Below are positions 36,825 to 47,298 of a DNA stretch of 64,000 nucleotides, one piece after another. Under the pieces are notes generated by a model. That model was not told the DNA's origin. It searched no databases and saw only the letters and a list, made by a program, of their open reading frames with translations. Source of the stretch: an uncultured delta proteobacterium (lineage in GTDB: Bacteria > Myxococcota > B64-G9); NCBI GenBank assembly GCA_963754925.1, contig CAVWHX010000003.1, positions 288,001 through 352,000 of the forward strand, read 5' to 3'. A program made the translations under genes and the position numbers. Each line of letters begins with the position of its first letter. Position 1 is the first letter of the stretch.

Positions 36825-38729
36825 ATGGGCGCCTACCAGCAAGCATACGATGAATCGATCAATACGCCGGATCGTTTCTGGGACCGAGCCGCGCAGGACG
36901 TCGTCTGGAGCAAGAAATACACCAAGGTATTGGACGATTCGCAAAAACCATTCTATCGCTGGTTCGTCAATGGCGAGCTCAATACCTGTTACAACGCGAT
37001 CGATTATCACATCGAACAGGGTCATGGGGATCAGACCGCTATCATCTATGACAGCCCGGTCACAGGCTGTATCAGGAAGATCACCTACCGCGAACTACGG
37101 GATGAGGTGGCGCTCTTCGCCGGAGCGCTCCGCGATTGCGGGGTCGAAAAAGGTGATCGGGTCATCATCTATATGCCGATGATACCGCAGGCCGCGGTGG
37201 CCATGTATGCCTGCGCGCGGATTGGCGCCATACATTCCGTTGTGTTCGGAGGCTTTGCGCCCAACGAGCTTGCCGTCCGAATCGACGACGCCAAACCCAA
37301 AGTCATGGTCTCGGCATCCTGCGGCATCGAGGGAAAGAAAACAATTGAATATAAGCCGCTGCTCGACCGCGCTATCGACATCGCAAAACACAAGCCGTCG
37401 CACTGCATCATTTTCCAGCGAGAGCAGGTCAAAGCAACTCTTAAAGCTGGTCGAGATTTAGACTGGACGGAAGCTGTTGCGAAAGCCGCCCCAGCCGATT
37501 GCGTGATGCTGAAATCAACGGATCCGCTCTATATTCTCTACACCTCCGGAACGACCGGATTACCCAAGGGTGTAGTGCGGGATAACGGCGGACACGCCGT
37601 GGCGCTGAAATGGAGCATGAAGTACATCTATGGGATGAATCCGGGAGAGGTCTTTTGGGCCGCCTCGGATGTCGGCTGGGTCGTCGGCCACTCCTATATT
37701 ATCTACGCGCCGCTCCTGTACGGGTGCACCACCATTATTTTTGAAGGGAAGCCGGTTGGGACGCCCGACCCGGGCGCGTTTTGGCGGGTTATCTCGCAAC
37801 ACGATGTGAAAGTGCTTTTCACCGCGCCCACCGCGTTTCGAGCCATCAAGAAAGAAGACCCCAAAGGGGATTATTTCCGAAAATATGACCTATCGAAATT
37901 CAGGTATCTGTTCCTTGCCGGCGAGCGCCTGGATCCGGATACGTATTACTGGGCGTCGGAGATTCTCAAAAAACCGGTCGTGGACCACTGGTGGCAGACG
38001 GAAACCGGCTTCGCGATCGCGGCAAATTGCATGGGGCTCGAGCAGCTGCCCATCAAGGCCGGCTCCCCGACCAAGGCGGTCCCCGGCTTCCAGGTTGAAA
38101 TGATAAGCAGCGACGGAAAGAAACTACCTCCGGAGACCGAAGGACTGGTCGCCATCCGGCTTCCCCTGCCGCCCGGAACCCTGACGACGCTGTGGCAGAA
38201 TGACGCCAAGTACAAGGAATCGTATACCGATATTTTTCCGGGTTTCTACTTCACCGGCGACGGGGGTTACGTCGATAAGGACGGTTACCTCTACATCATG
38301 GGCCGGGTGGATGACGTCATCAATGTGGCCGGCCACCGGCTTTCCACCGGCTCTATGGAGGAGGTTGTCGCCACGCATCCTGCGGTGGCGGAATGCGCGG
38401 TAATAGGCGCCGCCGATGATTTCAAGGGTCAGCTTCCCCTGGGATTTGTGGTGCTCAAGGAAGGGGTAACCAAGGAACACGCCGTCATTATCAAAGAGTT
38501 GGTCGACATGATACGGGATCAAATCGGCGCCGTGGCGGCATTTAAGCAGGCCGTGATCGTCAAGCGATTGCCGAAGACCCGATCCGGAAAAATCCTTCGC
38601 TCCACCATGCGCAAGATAGCGGACGGCCAAGAATTCACCGTTCCATCCACCATCGACGATCCGGCGATCCTGGTTGAAATTGAAGATGCCGCCAAGACGT
38701 TGGGGTACTGTAAAAAACAGACTGCTTGA
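36825..38729 (+). CDS. prpE: Propionyl-CoA synthetase / acyl-CoA synthetase
   Basis: YTSGTTGLPKG, 'RDNGGH', 'DHWWQTETG', 'GRVDDVINVAGHRLST', 'PKTRSGKILR'. Confidence 0.85.
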   Translation: MGAYQQAYDESINTPDRFWDRAAQDVVWSKKYTKVLDDSQKPFYRWFVNGELNTCYNAIDYHIEQGHGDQTAIIYDSPVTGCIRKITYRELRDEVALFAGALRDCGVEKGDRVIIYMPMIPQAAVAMYACARIGAIHSVVFGGFAPNELAVRIDDAKPKVMVSASCGIEGKKTIEYKPLLDRAIDIAKHKPSHCIIFQREQVKATLKAGRDLDWTEAVAKAAPADCVMLKSTDPLYILYTSGTTGLPKGVVRDNGGHAVALKWSMKYIYGMNPGEVFWAASDVGWVVGHSYIIYAPLLYGCTTIIFEGKPVGTPDPGAFWRVISQHDVKVLFTAPTAFRAIKKEDPKGDYFRKYDLSKFRYLFLAGERLDPDTYYWASEILKKPVVDHWWQTETGFAIAANCMGLEQLPIKAGSPTKAVPGFQVEMISSDGKKLPPETEGLVAIRLPLPPGTLTTLWQNDAKYKESYTDIFPGFYFTGDGGYVDKDGYLYIMGRVDDVINVAGHRLSTGSMEEVVATHPAVAECAVIGAADDFKGQLPLGFVVLKEGVTKEHAVIIKELVDMIRDQIGAVAAFKQAVIVKRLPKTRSGKILRSTMRKIADGQEFTVPSTIDDPAILVEIEDAAKTLGYCKKQTA

Positions 38730-38731
38730 TT

Positions 38732-39919
38732 TCACGGCGTCGATTTCTTGATTGTTACCCGTACCCGACTGGGTTTTATGGTTTCCAGCTCGAGTCCGCT
38801 GGGCAGGTTGAAGAAATCCGAGGGAACAATCTGGCGCGTCGTCTTGCCTGGTTGGGGATCCGCAAGCCGCAGGCTCAGGGTGACATCGTTGCCGTCGAAG
38901 AAATAGAAGGCCCGTCGTGTGCCCGCGACCACCGCGCGCACCTCGCTCGGTTCGACCTCCTCAACCTGAAGCCCGCTAGCGGAGGATAGGGCGATCTCAA
39001 CCGGCACCACCAGCGTGCGGTACTCTATCTCCGATTCGTGAACCATGAAGAACCACAAAAACGCCGATAGGAACACCGCCAAGGCCTTCTCAAACGGGTA
39101 ACGCCGCAGCCCCGTGAGGAGTTTCCATCCAGTTCTGCGCTCGGATGCCGCCTGCTGAAAGTAGGCCTTGAGGCGCTGATTGAGGACGGTCTCTCCGACA
39201 TCGAGCGAGAGCTCACCGCCTTCCGCCAACGATACCGTGCCACGCTCCTCGGAAACCACGAGGCACAGGCAATCGGCGGCCTCCGAAAGCCCTAAAGCAG
39301 CCGCGTGTCGAGTGCCGACATTCTGCAGGCGAACCGCGTTGATCGACAGCGGAAGTCGGCAACCAAAACTGGCGACCCGATCGCCTTCGACGATGACCGC
39401 GCCGTCGTGACCGGCAGAGTGGGTATCGAAGATGCTCATGAGGAGCGGCTGGCTTATTTTGCCGTTGAGAGCGAAGCCACCCGACAGGTGCCGATCGAGC
39501 GGCACGGTCCCCGGGAGCACCATGATGGCGCCGATCCGCTTGCGCGCAAGCTCGGGCAGGGTTGTGCGTAAGACCAGGTAGGGGTCGTTGAAGTTCGGGA
39601 GGTCGGCTGAGCGGCGGTTTTTTCTTCGCAAACTGCGGCTCGCGAGGCGTTCAAGAAACTGGCGGATCTCCGCCTGGAAAATGATCACCACCGCAATCAG
39701 CAGGACGGTGAAAAAGGCTCTCAAGAGCGAGGTGGTAAGGCGCAGATTGAATTGTCGCGCGACCAGATAGATCCCCGAGACGATCAGCAATCCGATAAGC
39801 ACGAAGGTGGCTCGCGCACGCCGTATCAATACCAGCAGTTGATATACCGCCAATGATACGAAGGCGATATCGACCAGATCGGTCGCCCGAATATCGCTCA
39901 ACAGCCTAACCAGCCACAT
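38732..39919 (-). CDS. Diadenylate cyclase (CdaA/DacA-type) with a C-terminal TM + YbbR-like domain
   Basis: 3 N-terminal TMs, DAC motifs HDGA and GTRHAAALG, 'VSEERG.VS', then 'K.LA..L...LW' and a YbbR-like beta domain. Confidence 0.85.
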   Translation of the reverse strand: MWLVRLLSDIRATDLVDIAFVSLAVYQLLVLIRRARATFVLIGLLIVSGIYLVARQFNLRLTTSLLRAFFTVLLIAVVIIFQAEIRQFLERLASRSLRRKNRRSADLPNFNDPYLVLRTTLPELARKRIGAIMVLPGTVPLDRHLSGGFALNGKISQPLLMSIFDTHSAGHDGAVIVEGDRVASFGCRLPLSINAVRLQNVGTRHAAALGLSEAADCLCLVVSEERGTVSLAEGGELSLDVGETVLNQRLKAYFQQAASERRTGWKLLTGLRRYPFEKALAVFLSAFLWFFMVHESEIEYRTLVVPVEIALSSASGLQVEEVEPSEVRAVVAGTRRAFYFFDGNDVTLSLRLADPQPGKTTRQIVPSDFFNLPSGLELETIKPSRVRVTIKKSTP

Positions 39920-40063
39920 GGCGATTCCTCACTCACTCACAAAATTCAAAAGGCGTGCAATGACAGCGTCGTTGATTCATTTCACGCGCGATATGACGAC
40001 AACTCCTGTTTCTGGCTAACCCTGGGCACGTTTCGAATTTGGCGTCTGACAGACTAGATCCGT

Positions 40064-40079
40064 TGGCATCATGCATGCA
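40064..40079 (+). promoter_or_regulatory. Possible sigma-54 (-24/-12) promoter for the CMD-family gene
   Basis: TGGCATCATGCATGCA has GG-N10-GC spacing, about 35 bp upstream of ATG 40115. Confidence 0.4.
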
Positions 40080-40114
40080 AAGAAATTGATCGTAACTGCC
40101 ACGGGAGGTCGGTC

Positions 40115-40477
40115 ATGTCCGAACATGTTTATCCGCCGCACACCCACGAGCTGTCCAAAAAGCGCCGGGATCTTGCGCTTGAAACTGATCAGGCATTTCG
40201 CGCGTTCAGCAAGCAAGTGTTTAGTGAGGGAGCCTTATCGTCGAAGGTCAAGCAACTCATCGCTCTGGCCGTTGCGCACGTAACCCAGTGCCCCTATTGT
40301 ATCCGCGCCCACACTCAAGCCGCTGTTAGAGCTGGCGCCAACCAAAAGGAGATGATAGAGGCGATGTGGGTTGGCGCGGAGATGCGGGCGGGAGCCGCGT
40401 ATGCGCATATGATAATCGCCATGGACTCACTCGCCGAGATCGAGGCGAGTGCCGCATTGTCTCAAACGGATACGTAA
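40115..40477 (+). CDS. Carboxymuconolactone decarboxylase / AhpD-family protein
   Basis: 'GAL..KVKQLIALAVA...QCPYCI.AH'. Confidence 0.88.
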   Translation: MSEHVYPPHTHELSKKRRDLALETDQAFRAFSKQVFSEGALSSKVKQLIALAVAHVTQCPYCIRAHTQAAVRAGANQKEMIEAMWVGAEMRAGAAYAHMIIAMDSLAEIEASAALSQTDT

Positions 40478-40479
40478 TC

Positions 40480-40947
40480 TCAGTCAGTCTGCTCAACCAA
40501 GTAGTTCTGGATTCCCATTTGTTTAATTTGGTCGAGCTGTGCCTCGATGAGGTCGATGTGGTCTTCTTCTTCCTTTAAGATCGCCTCAAAGAGTTCACGG
40601 CTGCCGTTGTCCCCCACCTCAACCGCCAGCCGGATACTCTCGTTGTACCCTCGGATGGCGTCATCTTCCGCCTCGCAGTCGTTGGCATGCATCTTCGGCA
40701 CCTCGGCGCCGATTTGCATCTTATTGAGCTTCGAAACGATCGGACGCCCCTCAAGGAAAAGAATACGGGAGATCAGCCGCTCGGCATGTTTCATCTCGTC
40801 AATGGCACGCTTCTGAATCAACTTGTGGAGCTTTTCGTACTTCCAACTCTCGCACATCTCGGCGTGGACCATATACTGGTTGATGGCGGTTAATTCCTCC
40901 GCCAGCCGGATATTCAAATGCTGCAGGATCTTTTCATTTCCCTTCAT
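40480..40947 (-). CDS. bfr: Bacterioferritin
   Basis: MKG start, 'ELTAINQY..H', 'DEMKHA', 'RILFLEG.P', 'EEEDHID'. Confidence 0.93.
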   Translation of the reverse strand: MKGNEKILQHLNIRLAEELTAINQYMVHAEMCESWKYEKLHKLIQKRAIDEMKHAERLISRILFLEGRPIVSKLNKMQIGAEVPKMHANDCEAEDDAIRGYNESIRLAVEVGDNGSRELFEAILKEEEDHIDLIEAQLDQIKQMGIQNYLVEQTD

Positions 40948-41301
40948 GATATCCTCCTTGAAATAAGGCATGACTCTGTTTCCGTGCAAGGCCGATGCCA
41001 GCCTTCTATCATCATTAACTTTTGTTTGGGAAGGAAAAAATTTCCGTTTGAGCCTGGCCCCCGCCCAAAATGAACTATCCAAACCCTGCAATGATTCATA
41101 ATTGGCGGTTCATTATTGGTCGATTTCCTACTACGGGGAGCCCGATTCCGATAGCTGCCTGATAGGGTTTGTATATGAAGACGAGCTAATTCTATTGATT
41201 CAAAAAAATGTCGAGACCTGGCATTACTCTTGCTTTTATCGATCTTGCTTTTTGAAAAACCTACCCTGGGTAGGTCACACTACTAAACTAAGGAGGAAGG
41301 T

Positions 41302-41511
41302 ATGAACCCATACAAAGTATCATGTAGCGACATGGGAGCAGCGTGTAGTTTCAGTGCGGATGGAATGAAGCCATCGGACGTCAAGTCCAAATTGTATGCC
41401 CACGCTCAAAAGGATCACAAGAATGAGTTGAAAGATATGAGCGACTTACAATGGATTGAGATGGACAACAAGATGAACTCTCTTCTCATGAAGCAGGCAG
41501 GTAAGGCATAA
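41302..41511 (+). CDS. Small metal-binding protein (DUF1059-like)
   Basis: 'C.D.G..C.F...G', 'HA...H'; RBS AGGAGG. Confidence 0.75.
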   Translation: MNPYKVSCSDMGAACSFSADGMKPSDVKSKLYAHAQKDHKNELKDMSDLQWIEMDNKMNSLLMKQAGKA

Positions 41512-41575
41512 TCAGAATTTGAGCACAACGATAAAGTAAGAAATAACTCGATGTGAGAGGAGCGGCTTAGGAGCG

Positions 41576-42010
41576 TTATTCGCCCGAGGGTTGAGTCGGC
41601 GGCTCACTCGCTAAGACTTTGACGTTGTCGACGTAATAGTTCGTGTCCGCGAAACAACTGCTCGGTACGCCATGATGCTCGGTGTAATGGAGGTGGACTT
41701 TTTCGCCCACCGCATTGCGCAATTTTTCCGCCAAGGTGTCATCGCGCACCGTGAACTCCCAGATCTGTGGCGACATACCCTGAACGATATAGAGCGCCAG
41801 CTCACCCTCGTAGGTTTTGCAAATCCAACCTTTGCGGCTGAATTTCTGCAATATGCCGGCGCGCTCCCCCTCCGAATAGCTCCAGTTGAGCGTCACCCAG
41901 GTATAGGCGCAGGCCGCGACGATGAGCACACCGACGACAATCACAAGCCAGCGCATAGCCTTTTTTCCCGCTTTTTGCAATCCCTGCTGCGCGTTCTCTA
42001 AGTTTCCCAT
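41576..42010 (-). CDS. Conserved membrane-anchored hypothetical protein
   Basis: TM helix then 'YSEGERAG.LQKFS.KG..CKTYEGEL'. Confidence 0.7.
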   Translation of the reverse strand: MGNLENAQQGLQKAGKKAMRWLVIVVGVLIVAACAYTWVTLNWSYSEGERAGILQKFSRKGWICKTYEGELALYIVQGMSPQIWEFTVRDDTLAEKLRNAVGEKVHLHYTEHHGVPSSCFADTNYYVDNVKVLASEPPTQPSGE

Positions 42011-42202
42011 CGAAACCTCACCTCCCCTATCGCTTTAGCGCTCGTGATAGGAATAAGGAAAAACACAGCCGAGAATACCTCTGAATTTATTTTTCTGTCA
42101 ACGAAGCAAAAAAAATTCGGTAAAGAGATATCGGGTTATTGACGGCGCCTGGGTAGTTCGCGAGCAGTTCCCGAGAAGAAGACACCGATGAGTTCGCCGA
42201 GC

Positions 42203-42847
42203 TTACCTCCAAGAAAGAAGGTAGACGGCGCTGTGATCCTTGTCCGATTGCTTTTCCAGCACGACCTTCCCTTCAACAGCAGACAACGCAAGCACCGCCT
42301 GAAAACATCCGGCAATGCCGATGAGGTAGGAATGACTGCTCGCCATCTCGAGCGGCATGTTGTTCAACAAAATTCGTACGGTGTGTTTATCCTTTTCGAC
42401 AATCGCCAGCTCGCCGCAGTGGCGATGGATGGCTTTCCAGATCTGGGGCCCGAGTTTGAAGACCGTCGAGGGCTTGGTCTTGAACAGATTAATGGCCGTT
42501 CGAAAGAAGGGGCCAACGACAAACGAGTTGATCGACAAGGTAAACGACTTCATTCCCAATTGGCGAACCTCAGCTTCACCTAACTCAGCCAGCGCACAGG
42601 CTACCAGCTCGAGGTTTACCGCAAGCGGAAGCCATTCATCTTCCTTAGCCTTCTCAATGGCCTGGAAGGTATCTTTAGAAAGCTGACTCAGCACCCGCTT
42701 TTTCTTCTCTTCACCGAGTGATTCCAGCGCCAAAAGTTCGCTTTTAACCTGACGACAATGAACCTCCGGCCGTTTTTCGTTAATTCCCACGGTAACACCT
42801 TTTTTCTTCAGTATAATGTCTATTGATTTTAATAGGTTGCCGTTCAT
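42203..42847 (-). CDS. Hypothetical protein (DUF2378/V4R-like; start uncertain)
   Basis: 'EWLP' and C-terminal 'Y.LSW', loosely similar to 35046..35603. Confidence 0.5.
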   Translation of the reverse strand: MNGNLLKSIDIILKKKGVTVGINEKRPEVHCRQVKSELLALESLGEEKKKRVLSQLSKDTFQAIEKAKEDEWLPLAVNLELVACALAELGEAEVRQLGMKSFTLSINSFVVGPFFRTAINLFKTKPSTVFKLGPQIWKAIHRHCGELAIVEKDKHTVRILLNNMPLEMASSHSYLIGIAGCFQAVLALSAVEGKVVLEKQSDKDHSAVYLLSWR

Positions 42848-42966
42848 CTTAACTTCCTATTCCCTAAGTATATATTACATGATATTCAGACCTTTTTCAA
42901 TGTGCGCAGGTGGCGCTGCCATGGGTGCATGTGTGCCCTCGAGCGCGTCGGCGCGGGGGTGAGATC

Positions 42967-44208
42967 ATGAGCATGAATCGGTCGCAACCACGTTTGGGTG
43001 CCGTTACCTCACAGGATGTTGAGGATGTCCTGCGATTCACCAGCGAGGTAGTGACCGGCTATCCGGATCGGAACATCGGCAGCAACAACTGCCGGAAAGC
43101 GTCTGCCAGAATCGCCGAGGAGCTCGGCAAGTATTGTGACCCGGGAACGGTCAAGATTGAGTCATTTACCTGCCATCCCAAGGCATTCCTACATTATTTG
43201 AGATACATGCCATTACTGATGGTGATGGCCACGGTACTTTCGTATTTCAACCAACCGCTGCTATCATTGCTCGCGGTCGTCGCATTTTTTGCCATATTCT
43301 ACCCGCAATCGTTCTTCTATTGGCAGTGGTATGATGGTTTTTTTCCGAAAGTAACCGGCTACAACGTTTACGGCACCCTTGAACCCGACCAGGAAGTCAA
43401 ACAGCAGATCGTCCTTTGCGGCCATCATGATGCCACCTACACGTTTCGATTCTTAGAAAAGACGCCGAACCTCTATGTGTACATTAATTACCTCGAGGTC
43501 GGCGCGTTCAATGTTGCCTTGCTTCTAACTCTCTACACCCTCATCGTGGGATCGACGCCGGCATGGGTTCCTATCGTTTTGGGCGTTTTGACACTAGGGT
43601 CGCTACCCTATTTCTGGTTTGTAGGCAATACTATCTCGCCGGGAGCCGGCGACAATATGATCGCGACAGCGATGATTGCCGGGGCTGCTCGATTGCTTAA
43701 ACGCCGGGACGGAAAATCCGCCCTGAAGCACACCCGTATCATAATTCTATCAACAGACGGAGAGGAGGCCGGCCTGCGGGGATCGCGTGCCTTCATTGCA
43801 GCCCACCGAAACGAATTGAAAGGCATCAAAACCTATACCCTTGCACTGGATACGTTCTATAGAGCCGATCATTTGATTTTCTTCTACGAAGATCTCAATC
43901 GGACGGTAAAGCTCTCCCGGGCAATGGCCGTTGAGCTGCAACAGGTAGCCGCAGCATTGGGGTATACCACCAGGGTGGGCAGAATCCCGCTCGGTGCTGG
44001 CGCCACCGACGCCGCCAGCTTCGGGGCAGCCGGCATCGAAACCTCGGCTATGTTAACACTTCCTCAGAGTATCTGGCATTGGCCTGACTGGTTTGTGTAC
44101 CACACGAGCCGTGACACGGTTGATGCAATTGAGCCGAATGTCGTGGAGCGCTCACTCAACATCATTGAGGCGTACGTGCGAAAGAAAGACTCCGAGGTCT
44201 CCCACTAG
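42967..44208 (+). CDS. Membrane-embedded M28-family metallopeptidase
   Basis: 'GHHD', 'PGAGDN', 'DGEEAGLRGS', 'TD..SF', 'YHT..D'. Confidence 0.85.
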   Translation: MSMNRSQPRLGAVTSQDVEDVLRFTSEVVTGYPDRNIGSNNCRKASARIAEELGKYCDPGTVKIESFTCHPKAFLHYLRYMPLLMVMATVLSYFNQPLLSLLAVVAFFAIFYPQSFFYWQWYDGFFPKVTGYNVYGTLEPDQEVKQQIVLCGHHDATYTFRFLEKTPNLYVYINYLEVGAFNVALLLTLYTLIVGSTPAWVPIVLGVLTLGSLPYFWFVGNTISPGAGDNMIATAMIAGAARLLKRRDGKSALKHTRIIILSTDGEEAGLRGSRAFIAAHRNELKGIKTYTLALDTFYRADHLIFFYEDLNRTVKLSRAMAVELQQVAAALGYTTRVGRIPLGAGATDAASFGAAGIETSAMLTLPQSIWHWPDWFVYHTSRDTVDAIEPNVVERSLNIIEAYVRKKDSEVSH

Positions 44209-44237
44209 GACAACCAGGGTACCGCAGGGCATATTTA

Positions 44238-45629
44238 CTATCTATATACTCCGTATTTCCGTGAAAATTCTATCAACGCCCGGACATTAGCCGCCTTGGC
44301 GCCCTGCATTCCCGCGCCGGTTGATAAGATGAATCCGCCGCCTTTGCCCGCTGTGTCGATGAGTTTTTTACCATAGTCTTTCACCGCATCGGGTGTTGCG
44401 GTGCAGAGCAAATCCAAGGGAACGTTGCCGGCTATACAGGCAACCCGACCGACCGTTTCTTTTGCCAGGGCCATGTCCGTGCTATCGAACCACCACACGG
44501 TTTTTCCTTTTGGGAGATCGCTGATAATTTCGAGACGTCGGTTGTACCCGCCTTCGGCGAACAGTTGCGGGACCAGGCCGGCATCGACTAAGCCGATAAT
44601 AACCTTTCTCAACGTTGGCCAATAGAAAACCTTGAACTGCTCGTTGGACATAAAACCGTCGGCACCCTTGTGCAGCGGGATAAACGGCATGATATGGCCG
44701 GCTGCCTTGCACGACGCCACACCGTATTTGACCATAAATGGGACGATCCGTTCGCATGCCTCCATGAGTTGGTCGGGACGTTTGAACAGGTCGATGAGCA
44801 CCCCGCGCGTGCCCCTAAGGCTGTCGCCAATGACGTCAAAAGGCGCCTTGGATATTCCCGCCGAAAACGATGGGAACCCTTTGCCCATAATCGATGCGTT
44901 GATACGCGTTACTACCGACAGCCAGGTATTGATCTCATCTCCCGCGTTCATAAGCTTTCGCAATGCCGATTTCATCTCCGGCATTCCAAAAGGCGCAAGC
45001 GCCGACGGCACCATAATTATTTCATGCACCGGCGGCAGGAGCGGCATTTTCCCCAAGTCTTTCAACTCATTGAAGATACGAGGAAAATAGACATACAGGA
45101 AAAACCCCGTGGGATCATCGATGAGATCCTGATATTCCTCTGCCTTCATGTACTCGCGTTCTACGAATTGGTACTCCTGATTCTCCCTCAGACCATGCCC
45201 GGCCCACTGGTACAGATTGAAATCCAAAATATCGAGCGGCTTACCGGGGACGACCGTGCGGGGAGCCCCATAGGCGTCGGGGGAAAAATCGGTGTGATAC
45301 TTTTCCCAGGCGTAAGCCAGTTTGTCATAATCGTACATGGCGTCGTGCCAGTTAATGCCGGCATATTCGATCGGAAAGTGTCCGACGGAAGGACAGATCG
45401 GGACGCGGGCGGGCGTCTTCTTCATTTGAATGGCGTCCTTGATGATGGTCACGCGTTCTTGATAGGCCGCCTTGGCTTCCGGGCTTACGAAGGGGATAGT
45501 TCCCCCCGCAAGCCAGACACTAAACTGCTGTTCCTGCTTTTCCGCCGCATCCGGGGATAGGTTCAGCCATCTCTCGGTCATGGTATTGGTATCCAATCCC
45601 GCGGGTGCTAAAGCGATCACCTGGTCCAC
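44238..45629 (-). CDS. Uroporphyrinogen-decarboxylase-fold protein (putative corrinoid methyltransferase)
   Basis: 'APFD..GD.LRG', 'PLHKG...FMS..QF..FYWP', 'GNVP', 'GGGFIL'. Confidence 0.8.
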   Translation of the reverse strand: MDQVIALAPAGLDTNTMTERWLNLSPDAAEKQEQQFSVWLAGGTIPFVSPEAKAAYQERVTIIKDAIQMKKTPARVPICPSVGHFPIEYAGINWHDAMYDYDKLAYAWEKYHTDFSPDAYGAPRTVVPGKPLDILDFNLYQWAGHGLRENQEYQFVEREYMKAEEYQDLIDDPTGFFLYVYFPRIFNELKDLGKMPLLPPVHEIIMVPSALAPFGMPEMKSALRKLMNAGDEINTWLSVVTRINASIMGKGFPSFSAGISKAPFDVIGDSLRGTRGVLIDLFKRPDQLMEACERIVPFMVKYGVASCKAAGHIMPFIPLHKGADGFMSNEQFKVFYWPTLRKVIIGLVDAGLVPQLFAEGGYNRRLEIISDLPKGKTVWWFDSTDMALAKETVGRVACIAGNVPLDLLCTATPDAVKDYGKKLIDTAGKGGGFILSTGAGMQGAKAANVRALIEFSRKYGVYR

Positions 45630-46243
45630 GTTTTGGCCAGGGTGACGCCGGCGATGGCGTCCTTGCCAAAAGCATCCGCGCCCGCATATTTTCTTATGTT
45701 GTCGCTCATCTGACCGCCGCCGATCATGATTTTTACCCGTTCGCGCAAACCGGCCTCCTCGATCGCCCGTACGGTATTCTTCATGGAGTCGTAGGCGACG
45801 GTGAGAAGACCGCTCAGTCCCAGTACCTGGGGCTTATAGTCCTCAATCGCTTTCACGAATGCGGCGGGTGAAACATCGACGCCGACGTCGTGCACCTTAA
45901 AACCATTGACGTCGAGTAAAAAGGCCACGATGTCCTTGCCGATGTCATGAACGTCTCCCTCCACGGTTCCGATCAACACCGTGCCCTTTTTAGTCAACGC
46001 AGCGCCGCCCGGCGTTTTCGGCTTAACCATCTCCGAGATCTGTTTCACTATCTCTCCGGCCATCATGAGTTCGGGAAGGAAATATTCGCCGGCCTCAAAA
46101 CGCTTCCCGACGATCTCCATGGCCTGGGAACAGCGCTCTACTATTTGCATGAGGTCTTCACCGGCATCGATCAAACGCTTCGCAATCGCCAGGGCTTCTT
46201 GTTCCTTCATAGTGCTTATCGCATCGACAAATTCCTCAAACAT
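45617..46243 (-). CDS. Corrinoid (B12-binding) protein
   Basis: Cap domain plus the DVHDIG, SGLL and IGG cobalamin motifs. Confidence 0.92.
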   Translation of the reverse strand: MFEEFVDAISTMKEQEALAIAKRLIDAGEDLMQIVERCSQAMEIVGKRFEAGEYFLPELMMAGEIVKQISEMVKPKTPGGAALTKKGTVLIGTVEGDVHDIGKDIVAFLLDVNGFKVHDVGVDVSPAAFVKAIEDYKPQVLGLSGLLTVAYDSMKNTVRAIEEAGLRERVKIMIGGGQMSDNIRKYAGADAFGKDAIAGVTLAKTWTR

Positions 46244-46315
46244 CGTGTGCTCTCCCTCGCCCAGTATACGACCGCATCTGAGCTCTGATGGACTGACCGC
46301 AATCGGGAAAATTTT

Positions 46316-47215
46316 TCAGCCCGCATACTCTCTAATCAACTTACCAATTGCAAGAATATATTCCGGGCTGGTACCGCAGCAACCGCCGATGAATTTGGCG
46401 CCGGCCGGTATCAGTTCAGCCGCGCCATCGGCAAATTCTTGTGGTCCCGTTTTGTACACCGCCACACCATGCTCGATCGAAGGCAGACCGGCGTTCGGTT
46501 TCATCCACAGCGGAAGGTCGGTGAGGCCGCGCATGCGCTTGCAGATCGGTATAAATCCCCCGACACCCTGTCCGCAGTTGGCGCCGATGACGTCCACCCC
46601 CGCATCGGCAAACGAATGCACGACGCTCTCTATGGTATCACCCATCATGGTCCGATCCTTTTCCTTGCCCGCATCAAATACCATGCAGGCTACCACCGCG
46701 AGCCCGGTCCTTTTCGCCGCCGTTATCGCCGTCAGCGCCTCGCGCACATCCATCATGGTCTCGATGACTATTCCCTCCGCACCACCCTCCTGAATCGCCC
46801 GCGCTTGTTCGTCAAACGCGGCCTGTAAATCAGTCGATGTGACCTCTTTTCGCATGAGCAGTTTCCCGGAGGGACCCATTGAACCAAATACCTGCGCTCG
46901 ACCTGAAGCCGCCCTTTTGGAAATTTCCACCCCGGCCTTATTGATGCTGCGCACCTGATCGGCAAGCCCGACCTTCCCTAAAACGTATCGGTTTGCGCCG
47001 AAGGTGTTGGTCAAAACGATTCTGCTCCCGGCATCAACATATTCCCGCGGTATTTCCTCCACGGCACGGGGATTGGTCAGGTTCCACGAATCAGGGTTTT
47101 CGCCGGGCTTCAATCCCTTCTTTTGCAGCTCGGTTCCCCAGGCGCCATCGGTAATGACGATACCGCTACTGGTTATTTCCTGTATCAGGGTATGCATGGC
47201 ATCTCTCTCCTGCAA
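46316..47215 (-). CDS. Homocysteine S-methyltransferase domain protein (MetH N-terminal-like)
   Basis: 'DGAWGT', 'TNTFGAN', 'GANC', 'PNAGLP', 'GGCCGT'. Confidence 0.92.
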   Translation of the reverse strand: MQERDAMHTLIQEITSSGIVITDGAWGTELQKKGLKPGENPDSWNLTNPRAVEEIPREYVDAGSRIVLTNTFGANRYVLGKVGLADQVRSINKAGVEISKRAASGRAQVFGSMGPSGKLLMRKEVTSTDLQAAFDEQARAIQEGGAEGIVIETMMDVREALTAITAAKRTGLAVVACMVFDAGKEKDRTMMGDTIESVVHSFADAGVDVIGANCGQGVGGFIPICKRMRGLTDLPLWMKPNAGLPSIEHGVAVYKTGPQEFADGAAELIPAGAKFIGGCCGTSPEYILAIGKLIREYAG

Positions 47216-47298
47216 TAAGACTAGCGATTATGCAACTGTCGTGGATTCTACAGATTTTTATGACAGGCTCAACAAATCTTCCCGATGTCGTACTACCT

